In this document: piece by piece, positions 17,693-29,366 of the stretch
Position numbering within the stretch: position 1 is the stretch's first letter
Layout: each line of letters starts with the position of its first letter
Assembly: GCF_001457595.1 (NCBI RefSeq)
Contig: NZ_LN831039.1
Span: forward strand, 6,150,001 to 6,182,000
Origin: Mycolicibacterium smegmatis
GTDB taxonomy: Bacteria; Actinomycetota; Actinomycetes; Mycobacteriales; Mycobacteriaceae
Direction of reading: 5' to 3'
DNA length: 32,000 nucleotides
Notes under the pieces: generated by a model
Told to the model about the DNA's origin: nothing
What the model saw: the letters and a program-made list of their open reading frames with translations, nothing else
Databases searched by the model: none
Translations under genes and position numbers: made by a program

Positions 17693-19369
17693 TCACTCGT
17701 CGCGACGGCGACGACGCCCGCCTGTGGTGGGGGCGGCCTGGAACCGAGCGAGAAGCTCGGCGGCCGACTGGCCGTTCGCGTGCTGTCCCCGTGGTTCCTC
17801 GTCGGCGCTGCGATGCCGCCGCGGCGGTGGCGGTGTCGCGGATTCGGCCGCCAGCGCGGGGGCGGCCGCATCGGCCGGCGTGGTTTCGCCGGTGTCGTCC
17901 TGCTCTGCTGCCGTGCTCTCGGCGTCGGCTCCCGCGGCGTAGTGGCGCCCCCTCGGCCGCTCCGGGCGCTCGGGCGGTTCGGGTGGGGCCATGACGGGCG
18001 GCACCGGGCCGGACTGTTCCGGCGCCGGCTCCGGTGCCGGCTCGGCAGGCGCGGTGGGCTCGGGGTTCTCGGCGGGCTCGGGTGCGCGACGCCTGCCGAC
18101 GTACTCGGTGGCGGTCTCCGGGGCGGATTCGGTGGCCGCCCCGTTCTGGGGCTGCACCGGGGCGGTCCAATTGCTGCCCGGGGCGCCCGCGGGGATCCAC
18201 TGGCCTTCCGCGGGTGCGGGCCGCCAGCCGCCACCCTCGATCGTCGGCGACGGTTGCAACGGCGGCATCGACGGCGGTGGCGGCGGAGGCGCCCAGGCCG
18301 AGACCGGCTCGGGTGCCGGTTGCGGTGCGGGCTGGGGCTCGGGCGCACGCTCCGGTTCCGCCTGGCGCGGCGGCGCCTGAGGAGGAGCTGCCGGAGGGGG
18401 CGTCTGGGGAGGAGCCGGTGGGGTCGGCTGATGCTCGGCCTGCGGAGCCGGCGCCTGCTCCTCGTCGAGGCGACGGCGGCGGCGCCTGCGCGGCTCATCG
18501 GAGGGTTGCGGGGTGACCTGCGGGCCCGGTTGGGGGGTGGGGTGGGAGGGGAAGCGGTGCGCTCCCCCGTCGGCGGGCCGACGATCGAAGCCACCGTCGG
18601 CGGGCCGACGATCGAAGCCACCGTCGGCGGGCCGACGATCGAAGCCACCGTCGGCGGGCCGACGATCGAAACCACCGTCGGCGGGCCGACGATCGAAACC
18701 ACCGTCGGCGGGGCGACGATCGAAACTCCACTCGTCCTCGGGCGGGTGCGGCTCGGCCGGGACGTCGATGATGGGGCTCTCCTCGGTGCGTTCCGAGCGG
18801 TAGTCCCGGATGTCGGTGGTCTCCACGTCGGGCACGTCGAGGCGGCTCGCGTGGACACGGCCCGCCGGCCGCGCGGCGGCGCGGTCGGTTTCCAGCGCGG
18901 GCCGGTGCGCGAGGTCGGCGTCGAACAGGATCTCCAGGTTGGCCCGCAGCGCGGCCAGCTCGGCGCGCAGCGCGGCAACCTCGTCGGCGGCCTGCGCACG
19001 CAGTTCGGAGGCCAGCTCGCGGCGCAGCTGGGTCTCGACGGTCAGCTCGTATTCGCGCCGCGCCGAGATCTCGCGATCGAGCTGCAGGTCGTAGACGAGT
19101 TTGAGGTCGCGCGCCTTGGCCTGGTCGAGATCGCTCTGGCGGCGGTAGATGACGGAGACGAACGCCGCCACCACGGCGGCCCACAGTGCCAGGATGACGG
19201 CTAGTTTCAGCAACTCCACACGGTTGGTGAACACCAGCGCCGAACTCGCAAGAATGGCGAGTACCAGCAACACCGTTAAGAGCAGCCAGCCTGGCCTTCG
19301 GCCGCCGCGCCGTGGCCGAACACCGCGGGGCGGAACAGTCATGCGCCGACTGTACCTGTCACAGGTCAC
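17693..19369 (-). CDS. Rv3604c-like membrane protein with two N-terminal TM helices, a coiled-coil segment and a long Pro/Ala/Arg-rich disordered tail containing a 9-aa tandem repeat
   Basis: 558-codon ORF with GTG 19369; ATG 19342 is the alternative start. It has two TM segments (WLLLTVLLVLAILASSALVF and LAVILALWAAVVAAFVSVIY) and a heptad-like region (LRAQAADEVAALRAELAALRANLEIL). These are followed by six FDRRPADGG repeats and a Pro-rich tail ending GGRRRRRDE. It lies between the DUF3180 and Rv3603c homologues, as in M. tuberculosis. Confidence 0.8.
   Translation of the reverse strand: MTCDRYSRRMTVPPRGVRPRRGGRRPGWLLLTVLLVLAILASSALVFTNRVELLKLAVILALWAAVVAAFVSVIYRRQSDLDQAKARDLKLVYDLQLDREISARREYELTVETQLRRELASELRAQAADEVAALRAELAALRANLEILFDADLAHRPALETDRAAARPAGRVHASRLDVPDVETTDIRDYRSERTEESPIIDVPAEPHPPEDEWSFDRRPADGGFDRRPADGGFDRRPADGGFDRRPADGGFDRRPADGGFDRRPADGGAHRFPSHPTPQPGPQVTPQPSDEPRRRRRRRLDEEQAPAPQAEHQPTPPAPPQTPPPAAPPQAPPRQAEPERAPEPQPAPQPAPEPVSAWAPPPPPPSMPPLQPSPTIEGGGWRPAPAEGQWIPAGAPGSNWTAPVQPQNGAATESAPETATEYVGRRRAPEPAENPEPTAPAEPAPEPAPEQSGPVPPVMAPPEPPERPERPRGRHYAAGADAESTAAEQDDTGETTPADAAAPALAAESATPPPPRRHRSADEEPRGQHANGQSAAELLARFQAAPTTGGRRRRRDE
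18567..18728. repeat. 6 x 27-bp head-to-tail tandem repeat (in-frame, coding)
   Basis: The unit is ccgtcggcgggccgacgatcgaagcca. Copies 1-3 (18567-18647) are identical. Copies 4-5 carry one substitution (gaaacca). Copy 6 has three changes. On the minus strand the array encodes (FDRRPADGG)x6. Confidence 0.95.
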
Positions 19370-19419
19370 CTAGCGTGTCGACCACCACGGCGATTCGGCG
19401 ATCTGACCGGAGCACAACG

Positions 19420-19896
19420 TCATTCGGGGACGGCATCGCCGTCCTCGGGTGGTTCCTCCGGCGACTTGCAGCAATGCTGCAACCACAGCCCGGCGATCGC
19501 GAGCGCCAGCGCGCACAGCGCGGCCACCACCACACCGGGGGTGTCCTCGCCCGCGACCCGGATGGTCGTCCGCCGCGGCAGCAGGTACACCAGAACCCCG
19601 ACCCACCAGCCCGCGACCAGCGCACCGACCCATGCAGAGGCCTTGGCGATCACCACCGAACGCGCGACGGTCAGTGGGTCGAGGCGACCCGCTCCGACGC
19701 CGATCTGCCCGTCGTTGATCTTGGCGCGAACGTAGAAGCCCCAGCCCGCCTCGAACGCCGCGACACCGAGCAGCGACAGGCCGGTCCACACCGTGATGGG
19801 CGGGAACCACCGGTAGAGCGCATGGATCAGCAGATAGCTGAGCAGGGCCGCCGCAACGGCCGCGCCCACCAGGTCGCGCTTGCGGGTCGGCCCCAT
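19420..19896 (-). CDS. DUF3180-like integral membrane protein (Rv3605c-like)
   Basis: The 158-aa product from ATG 19896 (ATGA overlap with the folK stop) has four predicted TM helices (e.g. GAAVAAALLSYLLIHALY, WVGALVAGWWVGVLVYLL). It keeps the conserved position after folK. The 351-aa track ORF is an extension through folK. Confidence 0.8.
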   Translation of the reverse strand: MGPTRKRDLVGAAVAAALLSYLLIHALYRWFPPITVWTGLSLLGVAAFEAGWGFYVRAKINDGQIGVGAGRLDPLTVARSVVIAKASAWVGALVAGWWVGVLVYLLPRRTTIRVAGEDTPGVVVAALCALALAIAGLWLQHCCKSPEEPPEDGDAVPE

Positions 19897-20432
19897 CAGC
19901 CGGCTGCGGTTTCGGTCCGGATGTCGAGCACCAGGTCGGTGCGCGTGACCCCGTCCCGCTCGGACTGGTCGATCTCCGACAGCAGGCGCTGCACCGGACG
20001 TGACTCGCCTGCGACCGTGAGCGTCGCGTCCGGGTCGACGTCCAGCCACGGGATCAGCACAAACGCCCGCAGGTGCGCGAGCGGGTGCGGCAGCGTCAGT
20101 CCCTCGTCGCGCGAGATGATCTCGTCGGCCCCGTCGTGGCACGTGATCAGGTCGACGTCGAGCGTGCGGGGGCCCCAGCGTTGCCCGCGGACCCGGCCTG
20201 CCGCGGCCTCGAGCTCCTGTGCGCGCCGCAGCCACCCGTGCCCGTCGAGATCCGGGTCGTCGGCCAGCAGTACGGCGTTGAGGAACGGGCCCTGCTCTTC
20301 GAAGCCCCACGCCGCGGTCTCGTACACCGCGGAGACCGCGCGCACCGCAGGCCCGAGACCGTCGAGCACCGACTGCAGCCGCGTGAGCCGGTCCCCGAGA
20401 TTCGACCCGATGGAAAGCACCGTTGAGGTCAT
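19896..20432 (-). CDS. folK: 2-amino-4-hydroxy-6-hydroxymethyldihydropteridine diphosphokinase
   Basis: 178 aa. [16 protein letters not shown] is the HPPK N-terminal signature, and [12 protein letters not shown] is the conserved catalytic loop. The ATG overlaps the folB stop as ATGA. Confidence 0.93.
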   Translation of the reverse strand: MTSTVLSIGSNLGDRLTRLQSVLDGLGPAVRAVSAVYETAAWGFEEQGPFLNAVLLADDPDLDGHGWLRRAQELEAAAGRVRGQRWGPRTLDVDLITCHDGADEIISRDEGLTLPHPLAHLRAFVLIPWLDVDPDATLTVAGESRPVQRLLSEIDQSERDGVTRTDLVLDIRTETAAG

Positions 20433-20800
20433 CTGCCACCTCTCCGCGATCGCCGCGCCACCACGGCAACATCATCGAATGTCAGCGGGATCGGCGCACT
20501 GGGCTTGTGGACGACGACCTCGACCGCGTGCAGGCGTTCGTCGGTCATGATGCCGTCGGCGATCTCCGCCGATACCGTCTCGATCAGATTGCGGGGCGTG
20601 CCCGCGACGATGTCGGCGGCACGCTGCGCGAGCGCGCCGTAGTCGAGCGTGTCGGCCAGGTCGTCGGACACGGCCGCGGGCCGCAGGTCCATCCACACCG
20701 TGATGTCGACGACGAAGTCCTGGCCGTCGGCGCGTTCGTGGTCGAAGACGCCGTGGTTGCCGCGGACCCGCAGTCCCCGCAACTCGATCCGGTCAGCCAA
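20429..20800 (-). CDS. folB: dihydroneopterin aldolase
   Basis: 123 aa. (M)[35 protein letters not shown] matches the mycobacterial FolB N-terminus. The start codon is TTG at 20800, and the gene overlaps the folP stop by 8 nt. Confidence 0.92.
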   Translation of the reverse strand: MADRIELRGLRVRGNHGVFDHERADGQDFVVDITVWMDLRPAAVSDDLADTLDYGALAQRAADIVAGTPRNLIETVSAEIADGIMTDERLHAVEVVVHKPSAPIPLTFDDVAVVARRSRRGGR

Positions 20801-21650
20801 TCTGTCCTCCAGAAGTCCAGGCGCCCAGCACCTTCAATGCGTCGACCGAGGCCTGTACGTCGTGCACCCGCACGCCCCAGGCACCGTGCATCGCGGCCAG
20901 CACCGAGATCACCGCGGTCGCGGTCTCACGGCCGTCCGGTGGTCGCGGTGTGCCGTCCGCGGCGGCCAGCAGCGTACCGAGGAAACGTTTGCGCGACGCG
21001 CCAACCAGCACCGGGATGCCCGTGGCCACCAGGTCCGGCAGCGCGTGCAGCAGCGCCCAGTTGTGCTCGGCGGTCTTGGCGAAACCCAGGCCGGGATCGA
21101 TGACGAGCCGCTCCGGTTCGACGCCCGCGGTCACCGCGGCGTCGACCGCCGCGAGCAGTTCGGTGCGCACCTCGGCGACCACGTCGCGGTATCCCGGAAC
21201 GCGGTGCGGGTGGTCGGCGTCGACCGAACGCCAGTGCATGAGGATCCACGGCACCTTCGCCTCGGCGAGCACGCCGGCCATGCCGGGATCGGCCCGCCCG
21301 CCCGACACGTCGTTGACGATGTGCGCGCCCGCTTCGAGCGCCGCGCGCGCGACGTCGGCGTGCATGGTGTCGATGCTGATCGTGATGCCTTGGGCCGCAA
21401 GCTCTCTGATCACCGGCGTGACGCGGGCGGCCTCGACCCCGGGATCGATGCGGGTCGCGCCGGGCCGCGTGGACTCACCGCCGACGTCGATGATCTGTGC
21501 GCCCGCGGCCACCAGGGCCAGCCCGTGCTCGACGGCGCGGTCGGTGTCGATGAATTTCCCACCGTCGGAGAACGAGTCTTGCGTGACGTTCACGACGCCC
21601 ATCACCTGCACGGGTGTGCGGGGCTGGGCCGTCAGGCTCGGTGGGTTCAC
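20793..21650 (-). CDS. folP: dihydropteroate synthase
   Basis: The 285-aa product from GTG 21650 (GTGA overlap with the folE stop) contains [28 protein letters not shown] and DPGLGFAKT. The 398-aa track ORF is an extension through folE. Confidence 0.93.
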   Translation of the reverse strand: MNPPSLTAQPRTPVQVMGVVNVTQDSFSDGGKFIDTDRAVEHGLALVAAGAQIIDVGGESTRPGATRIDPGVEAARVTPVIRELAAQGITISIDTMHADVARAALEAGAHIVNDVSGGRADPGMAGVLAEAKVPWILMHWRSVDADHPHRVPGYRDVVAEVRTELLAAVDAAVTAGVEPERLVIDPGLGFAKTAEHNWALLHALPDLVATGIPVLVGASRKRFLGTLLAAADGTPRPPDGRETATAVISVLAAMHGAWGVRVHDVQASVDALKVLGAWTSGGQIG

Positions 21651-22258
21651 TTGCGCAGGATAAGTTCCAGCGCCTCGGCTCGAGATGCCTTGTCGGTCTT
21701 GAACTGCCCCCGCACGGCCGATGTGGTGGTCACCGCGCCCGGTTTGCGCACCCCGCGCATGGCCATGCACAGGTGCTCGGCCTCGACCACCACGATGACG
21801 CCGCGCGGGTCCAGCTTGCGCATGAGCGCGTCGGCGATCTGGGCGGTGAGCCGCTCCTGAACCTGCGGCCGCTTGGAGTACAGGTCGACCAGACGCGCGA
21901 TCTTCGACAGTCCCGTCACGCGTCCGTCGACACCGGGGATGTAGCCGACGTGCGCCACGCCGTGGAACGACACCAGATGGTGCTCGCACGTCGAGTACAT
22001 CGGGATCTGCTTGACCAGCACGAGTTCGTCGTGACCCTCGTCGAAGGTCGTGTTGAGCACGGAATCCGGGTCGGTGTGCAGCCCCGCCATCAGTTCCTTG
22101 TAGGCGCGGGCCACACGGGCCGGAGTGTCGACGAGTCCCTCGCGTTCGGGGTCCTCGCCGATCGCGATGAGCAGTTCGCGAACCGCGGCCTCGGCGCGCG
22201 GTTGGTCGAACACCCTGCGGACATTGTTGTTCTGGTGTCCGCGCAGGGACTGCGTCAT
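21647..22258 (-). CDS. folE: GTP cyclohydrolase I
   Basis: The 203-aa product from ATG 22258 contains the zinc site [13 protein letters not shown] together with [14 protein letters not shown]. The 361-aa track ORF is an extension antisense-overlapping the ftsH tail. Confidence 0.95.
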   Translation of the reverse strand: MTQSLRGHQNNNVRRVFDQPRAEAAVRELLIAIGEDPEREGLVDTPARVARAYKELMAGLHTDPDSVLNTTFDEGHDELVLVKQIPMYSTCEHHLVSFHGVAHVGYIPGVDGRVTGLSKIARLVDLYSKRPQVQERLTAQIADALMRKLDPRGVIVVVEAEHLCMAMRGVRKPGAVTTTSAVRGQFKTDKASRAEALELILRK

Positions 22259-22277
22259 CGAAGTCTCCGTTCTCGGA

Positions 22278-24590
<2,313 letters not shown>

Positions 24591-24768
24591 CGATCATCGG
24601 CCTTCGTTGGCTTCATCTTTTTCGGCCGCCCCCGGCCGGGGTCCTTCCTGATACGCGCAGCTAGCAAGTTACAAGGCTACCGCTAGACCAACGTCCGGCA
24701 GTTCCCGACGGTCACCGGCCGGCCGTCCGCCCGGGCCGGCCGAAACTCTGGCCACGTCGTGACCGGGT

Positions 24769-25758
24769 GTGCCTATGGTTGAGACCGTGATCACACCGAC
24801 CGAGCGGTCAGTCGAAACCAATGGCGTGACGTTGCGAGTGACGGAGGCGGGTGAGCGCGGCAATCCGGTGGTCGTGCTCGCGCACGGATTCCCCGAGCTC
24901 GCGTACTCGTGGCGTCACCAGATTCCGGCCCTGGCTGCCGCCGGCTACCACGTACTGGCCCCTGACCAGCGCGGTTACGGCGGCTCGTCGCGGCCCGAGA
25001 GCATCGACGACTACGACATCACCAAGCTCACCGGCGACGTGGTCGGGCTGCTCGACGACATCGGCGCCGAGCACGCGGCCGTGATCGGGCACGACTGGGG
25101 CGCGGTGGTGGCGTGGAACGCCGCGCAGCTGCATCCGGATCGCGTGGCCGCGGTGGGCGGGCTCAGCGTCCCGCCGACGCCGAGATCCACCCGCCCGCCG
25201 ACACAGGCCTTCCGCGAACTGGTCGGCGAGGGCAACTTCTTCTACATCCTGCACTTCCAGGAACCCGGGGTGGCCGACGCCGAGTTCGACGGTGACCCGG
25301 CCCGCGCGCTGCGCCGAATGTTCGGCGGTCTGCTGCCACCCGAGAACGAGGAGGCCGCGATGCGGATGCTGCGTCCCGGTCCCGAGGGCCTGATCGACCG
25401 GCTGCCCGAACCGTCGGCGCTGCCCGACTGGATCAGCACCGGCGAGTTCGACCACTACGTCGACGCGTTCACCCGCACGGGGTTCACCGGCGGGCTCAAC
25501 TGGTACCGCAATTTCGACCGCAACTGGGAACTCACCGCGCATCTGGCCGACGCCAAGATCACCGTGCCTGCCCTGTTCCTGGCCGGGGCGGCCGACCCTG
25601 TGCTGGGGTTCGCACGGCCCGACCGGGCGCGCGAACTGATCACCGGGCCCTACACCGAGGTGATGCTCGACGGGGCCGGGCACTGGGTGCAGCAGGAGCG
25701 GGCCGAGGAGGTCAACGCCGCGTTGATCCGGTTCTTGCACGGGCTGGAGTTGCAGTGA
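24769..25758 (+). CDS. alpha/beta-fold epoxide hydrolase (EphA-like)
   Basis: About 327-329 aa. The oxyanion motif HGFPE, the nucleophile motif GHDWGA and the C-terminal GAGHWVQQE are present. The start is GTG 24769 or ATG 24775. It resembles Rv3617 (ephA). Confidence 0.88.
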   Translation: MPMVETVITPTERSVETNGVTLRVTEAGERGNPVVVLAHGFPELAYSWRHQIPALAAAGYHVLAPDQRGYGGSSRPESIDDYDITKLTGDVVGLLDDIGAEHAAVIGHDWGAVVAWNAAQLHPDRVAAVGGLSVPPTPRSTRPPTQAFRELVGEGNFFYILHFQEPGVADAEFDGDPARALRRMFGGLLPPENEEAAMRMLRPGPEGLIDRLPEPSALPDWISTGEFDHYVDAFTRTGFTGGLNWYRNFDRNWELTAHLADAKITVPALFLAGAADPVLGFARPDRARELITGPYTEVMLDGAGHWVQQERAEEVNAALIRFLHGLELQ

Positions 25759-26957
25759 TGAGGCCACTGAACTTCGGGGTGTTCATCACGCCGTTTCACC
25801 CCGCGGGCCAATCCCCCACCACCGCACTGCAATACGACATGGACCGTGTGGAGGCGCTGGACCGGCTGGGCTACGACGAGGCGTGGTTCGGTGAACACCA
25901 TTCGGGCGGTTACGAACTCATCGCGTGCCCGGAGGTGTTCATCGCCGCGGCAGCCGAACGCACACGCCACATCCGGTTGGGCACGGGCGTGGTGTCGCTG
26001 CCGTATCACCACCCGTTGATGGTCGCCGACCGCTGGGTGCTGCTCGACCATCTGACGCGCGGGCGGGTGATGTTCGGCACCGGCCCGGGCGCCCTGCCGT
26101 CGGACGCGTACATGATGGGCATCGACCCGGTCGACCAACGTCCGATGATGCAGGAGTCGCTCGAGGCGATCCTGGCACTGTTCCGCGCCGAACCCGGCGA
26201 GCGCATCGACCGCAAGACCGACTGGTTCACGCTGCGCGACGCCGCACTGCACATCCGCCCCTACACCTGGCCGTATCCCGAGATATCCACGGCGGCAATG
26301 ATTTCTCCGTCCGGCCCACGACTGGCGGGCAAGCTGGGCACATCGCTGCTCTCGCTGTCGATGTCGGTGCCAGGCGGGTACGCCGCGGTCGAGACCACCT
26401 GGAACGTCGTGCGCGACGAAGCGGCCGCGGCAGGCCGGCCCGAACCCGACCGCGAGAACTGGCGGGTGCTGGGCATCGTGCACCTCGCCGACACCCGCGA
26501 ACAGGCCATCGAGGACTGCACGTACGGCCTGCAGGACTTCGCCAACTACTTCGGCGCCGCGGGCTTCGTCCCGCTGTCGAATCAGGCCGAGGGCGGCGGC
26601 ACACCGTACGAGTTCGTGGAAAACTATGCGTCCAAGGGCAACTGCTGCATCGGCACGCCCGACGACGCGATCGTCTACATCCAGGATCTGCTGGACCGCT
26701 CGGGCGGGTTCGGGACGTTTCTGCTCCTCGGCCACGACTGGGCGCCGCCCGCCGCGACGTTCCACTCCTACGAGTTGTTCGCGCGTGAGGTGATCCCGCA
26801 CTTCAAGGGCCAGCTGACCGCGGCGCGCGCATCGCACGACTGGGCCAGGGGCATGCGCGATCAACTGCTGGGCCGCGCCGGGCAGGCCATCGTCAACGCG
26901 ATCACCGAACACACGCAGGCACATCCCCGGACAGGGGCCGAGAAGGACAAGAACTAA
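25755..26957 (+). CDS. LLM-class (luciferase-like) flavin-dependent monooxygenase (Rv3618-like)
   Basis: About 400 aa with the N-terminus MRPLNFGVFITPFHPAGQSP...LGYDEAWFGEHHSGGYE, typical of LimB-like LLM enzymes. The start is either GTG 25755 (GTGA overlap) or ATG 25758 (TGATG) relative to the upstream stop. Confidence 0.85.
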   Translation: MMRPLNFGVFITPFHPAGQSPTTALQYDMDRVEALDRLGYDEAWFGEHHSGGYELIACPEVFIAAAAERTRHIRLGTGVVSLPYHHPLMVADRWVLLDHLTRGRVMFGTGPGALPSDAYMMGIDPVDQRPMMQESLEAILALFRAEPGERIDRKTDWFTLRDAALHIRPYTWPYPEISTAAMISPSGPRLAGKLGTSLLSLSMSVPGGYAAVETTWNVVRDEAAAAGRPEPDRENWRVLGIVHLADTREQAIEDCTYGLQDFANYFGAAGFVPLSNQAEGGGTPYEFVENYASKGNCCIGTPDDAIVYIQDLLDRSGGFGTFLLLGHDWAPPAATFHSYELFAREVIPHFKGQLTAARASHDWARGMRDQLLGRAGQAIVNAITEHTQAHPRTGAEKDKN

Positions 26958-27973
26958 TGCGCGCCGCGGTCTTACGGCAGGGTCGCATGGTGGTGCGCGA
27001 CGACGTCGCAGAACCGGTACCCGGCCCGGGTCAGGTGCTCGTCGAGGTCAAGGCGTGCGGAATCTGCGGGTCCGATTTGCATTTCGCCCAACACGGTGAG
27101 GATTTGCTCGCGTCGACCGCGCAGCTCGAGGGCGTCGCGAACCAGAACGACGACGTCGATCTGTCCCGGGACATCTTCATGGGCCACGAGTTCAGCGCCG
27201 AGATCCTCGAAGCCGGGCCCAGCACTGACACATACGCGCCCGGGACGCTGGTGACGTCGGTACCCGTGCTGATCTCACCGCAGGGCATGGACATGATCGT
27301 CTACAGCAACACCACGCTGGGCGGTTACGCCGAACGCATGCTGCTGTCGGCGCCGTTGCTGCTGCCGGTGCCCAACGGACTCGATGCCGGACCCGCCGCA
27401 CTCACCGAGCCGATGGCCGTGGGCCTGCACGCGGTCAACACCTCGCGCATCGAACGAAACGAGACCGCGCTGGTGATCGGATGCGGCCCGGTCGGCATCG
27501 CGGTGATCGCCGCGCTGAAGCTGCTGGGTGTGGAAGACATTGTGGCGTCGGACTTCTCACCGACCCGTCGGCGACTTGCCGCGGCGATGGGCGCACATGT
27601 CACGCTCGATCCCGCACAGGATTCGCCGTTTCACCAGTGCAGGCCCGCGGTGGTGTTCGAAGCCGTCGGCGCACCCGGCATCATCGACGACATCCTGCGG
27701 CGCTGTCCGGCGGGCACGCGCGTGGTGGTGGCCGGGGTCTGCATGCAACCCGATACCGTGCATCCGCTGTACGCGGCCGTCAAGCAGATCAGCGTCTCGT
27801 TCGTGTTCGGCTACGACCCGGCCGAATTCGCGTCCTCGCTGCGGGCGATCGCCGAAGGTGACATCGACGTGCGGCCGATGATCACCGGATCGGTGCCGCT
27901 GGACGGAATGGCCGACGCATTCGACGAACTCGCCACACCGGACGCGCACTGCAAGATCCTCGTGACACCGTGA
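26957..27973 (+). CDS. zinc-dependent medium-chain alcohol dehydrogenase/reductase
   Basis: 338 aa. The catalytic-zinc motifs CGICGSDLH and GHEFSAEI and the NAD(P) fingerprint GCGPVG are present. The ATG overlaps the upstream TAA as TAATG. Confidence 0.88.
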   Translation: MRAAVLRQGRMVVRDDVAEPVPGPGQVLVEVKACGICGSDLHFAQHGEDLLASTAQLEGVANQNDDVDLSRDIFMGHEFSAEILEAGPSTDTYAPGTLVTSVPVLISPQGMDMIVYSNTTLGGYAERMLLSAPLLLPVPNGLDAGPAALTEPMAVGLHAVNTSRIERNETALVIGCGPVGIAVIAALKLLGVEDIVASDFSPTRRRLAAAMGAHVTLDPAQDSPFHQCRPAVVFEAVGAPGIIDDILRRCPAGTRVVVAGVCMQPDTVHPLYAAVKQISVSFVFGYDPAEFASSLRAIAEGDIDVRPMITGSVPLDGMADAFDELATPDAHCKILVTP

Positions 27974-27994
27974 CGGGCCGGTAGGGTTCGTGCC

Positions 27995-28726
27995 ATGCCG
28001 ATCGCTGTGAATGCGAAGAAGCGGGTCCGGGCACTGCTGGTCGGCGTGGCCGGCCTGGCGGTGCTGGCGGTGGGGGGTTGCGACGCGAGTTCGGGCCCCG
28101 TCGCCGGATCCGGTGATCCCCGACAGGTGACCGTGGTCGGGGAGGGCCAGGTCCAGGGTGTCCCCGACACGCTCACCACCAACGTGGCCATGGAGTTCAT
28201 CGCCGCCGACGTCTCATCGGCGCTCAACCAGTCGAGTCAGCGCCAGCAGGCCGTGATCGACGCGCTCGTCGCCGCGGGCATCGACCGCAAGGACATCAGC
28301 ACCACACAGGTCAGCGTGCAGCCGCAGTTCGGCACCGACGGCGCGTCCAACACCATCACCGGTTACCGCGCGAGCAACACGATCGACGTCAAGATCCGCG
28401 ACCTCGACACCGCGTCACAGACGTTGACACTCATCGCCGAGACCGGCGGCGACGCCACCCGCATCAACTCGGTGGCGTTCTCGATCGAGGACGATTCGGA
28501 CCTGGTGCGCGATGCCCGCGCGGAGGCGTTCAACGACGCGAAGAACCGCGCGCAGCAGTACGCCGACCTGTCCGGGCTGAGCCTCGGCGAGGTCATCTCG
28601 ATCTCGGAGGAGTCAGGCTCGACCCCGCCGCGGCCGATGCCGCGCGCGGCGATGGAGGCCGTCCCGCTGGAACCCGGTCAACAGGCCGTGAACTTCTCGG
28701 TGACCGTGATCTGGGAACTCACCTGA
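27995..28726 (+). CDS. lpqG: SIMPL/DUF541-domain lipoprotein (LpqG-like)
   Basis: 243 aa. The signal peptide ends in the lipobox LAVGGC. The mature part (VTVVGEGQVQGVPDT ... YRASNTIDVKIRD ... INSVAFSIED) is typical of the 26-kDa periplasmic immunogenic protein family. Position next to hpt matches Rv3623. Confidence 0.85.
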   Translation: MPIAVNAKKRVRALLVGVAGLAVLAVGGCDASSGPVAGSGDPRQVTVVGEGQVQGVPDTLTTNVAMEFIAADVSSALNQSSQRQQAVIDALVAAGIDRKDISTTQVSVQPQFGTDGASNTITGYRASNTIDVKIRDLDTASQTLTLIAETGGDATRINSVAFSIEDDSDLVRDARAEAFNDAKNRAQQYADLSGLSLGEVISISEESGSTPPRPMPRAAMEAVPLEPGQQAVNFSVTVIWELT

Positions 28727-28730
28727 GCGT

Positions 28731-29366
28731 CTAGTGCGTGTAGACCTTCGGGTCGAGCAGGCCGATGAACGGCAGGTCGCGGTAGCGCTCGGCGTAGTCG
28801 AGGCCGTAGCCGACGACGAACTCGTTGGGGATGTCGAACCCGACGTACTCGACGTCGATGTCGGTGCGCACCGCCTCCGGCTTGCGCAGCAGCGTGCACA
28901 CCTTGAGCGAGCGCGGGTGCCGCGTGGCGAGGTTGCGCAGCAACCACGACAGCGTCAGGCCGGAGTCGATGATGTCCTCGACGATCAGCACGTCGCGGTC
29001 GTTGATGTCGCGGTCGAGGTCCTTGAGGATGCGGACCACACCCGACGACGACGTCGACGATCCGTAGCTGCTGACCGCCATGAACTCGAGCTGGGTGGGC
29101 AGCGGGATCGAACGTGCCAGATCGGTGACGAACATGACCGCGCCCTTGAGCACCGTGACCAGCAGGAGGTCGTCGTCCCCGAGGTTGTCCCGGTACTGGT
29201 CGGCGATCGCCGCCGCGAGCTCGGCGGTACGTGTCCGGATCTGCTCCTCGGACAGCAGTACCGACTTGATGTCTCCCGGATACATCTCGGTGGATTCGAC
29301 AGCCACGTCCACAGCGTGCCACGTGAGGTCGCCGCAAACCAAGACGGCTGCCCGATACGCGCTCAC
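28731..29366 (-). CDS. hpt: hypoxanthine-guanine phosphoribosyltransferase
   Basis: The PRPP-binding motif [14 protein letters not shown] and the flexible-loop region [11 protein letters not shown] are present. GTG 29366 overlaps the tilS stop (GTGA) and gives 211 aa. An internal ATG at 29285 ([11 protein letters not shown], 184 aa) is an alternative start. Confidence 0.93.
   Translation of the reverse strand: MSAYRAAVLVCGDLTWHAVDVAVESTEMYPGDIKSVLLSEEQIRTRTAELAAAIADQYRDNLGDDDLLLVTVLKGAVMFVTDLARSIPLPTQLEFMAVSSYGSSTSSSGVVRILKDLDRDINDRDVLIVEDIIDSGLTLSWLLRNLATRHPRSLKVCTLLRKPEAVRTDIDVEYVGFDIPNEFVVGYGLDYAERYRDLPFIGLLDPKVYTH

Noticed and set aside
18513-18803. The 27-bp repeat array considered as a CRISPR array or a MIRU-like intergenic repeat, and the plus-strand ORF encoding (PPSAGRRSK)n.
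   Set aside because: The repeats are directly adjacent with no spacers, lie inside a coding sequence and keep the minus-strand frame. No cas genes are nearby. The plus-strand ORF is just the reverse reading of the same repeat.
24630-24750. GC-only palindromes in the ftsH / epoxide-hydrolase divergent region: CCCCGGCCGGGG at about 24630-24641, and a GGCCGGCC-type 9-bp stem around 24713-24741. Considered as terminators or operators.
   Set aside because: They have no adjacent U-tracts, and such sequences arise readily from GC-rich composition. They lie in 5' UTR/promoter space where a terminator makes no sense. They were not distinctive enough to call.
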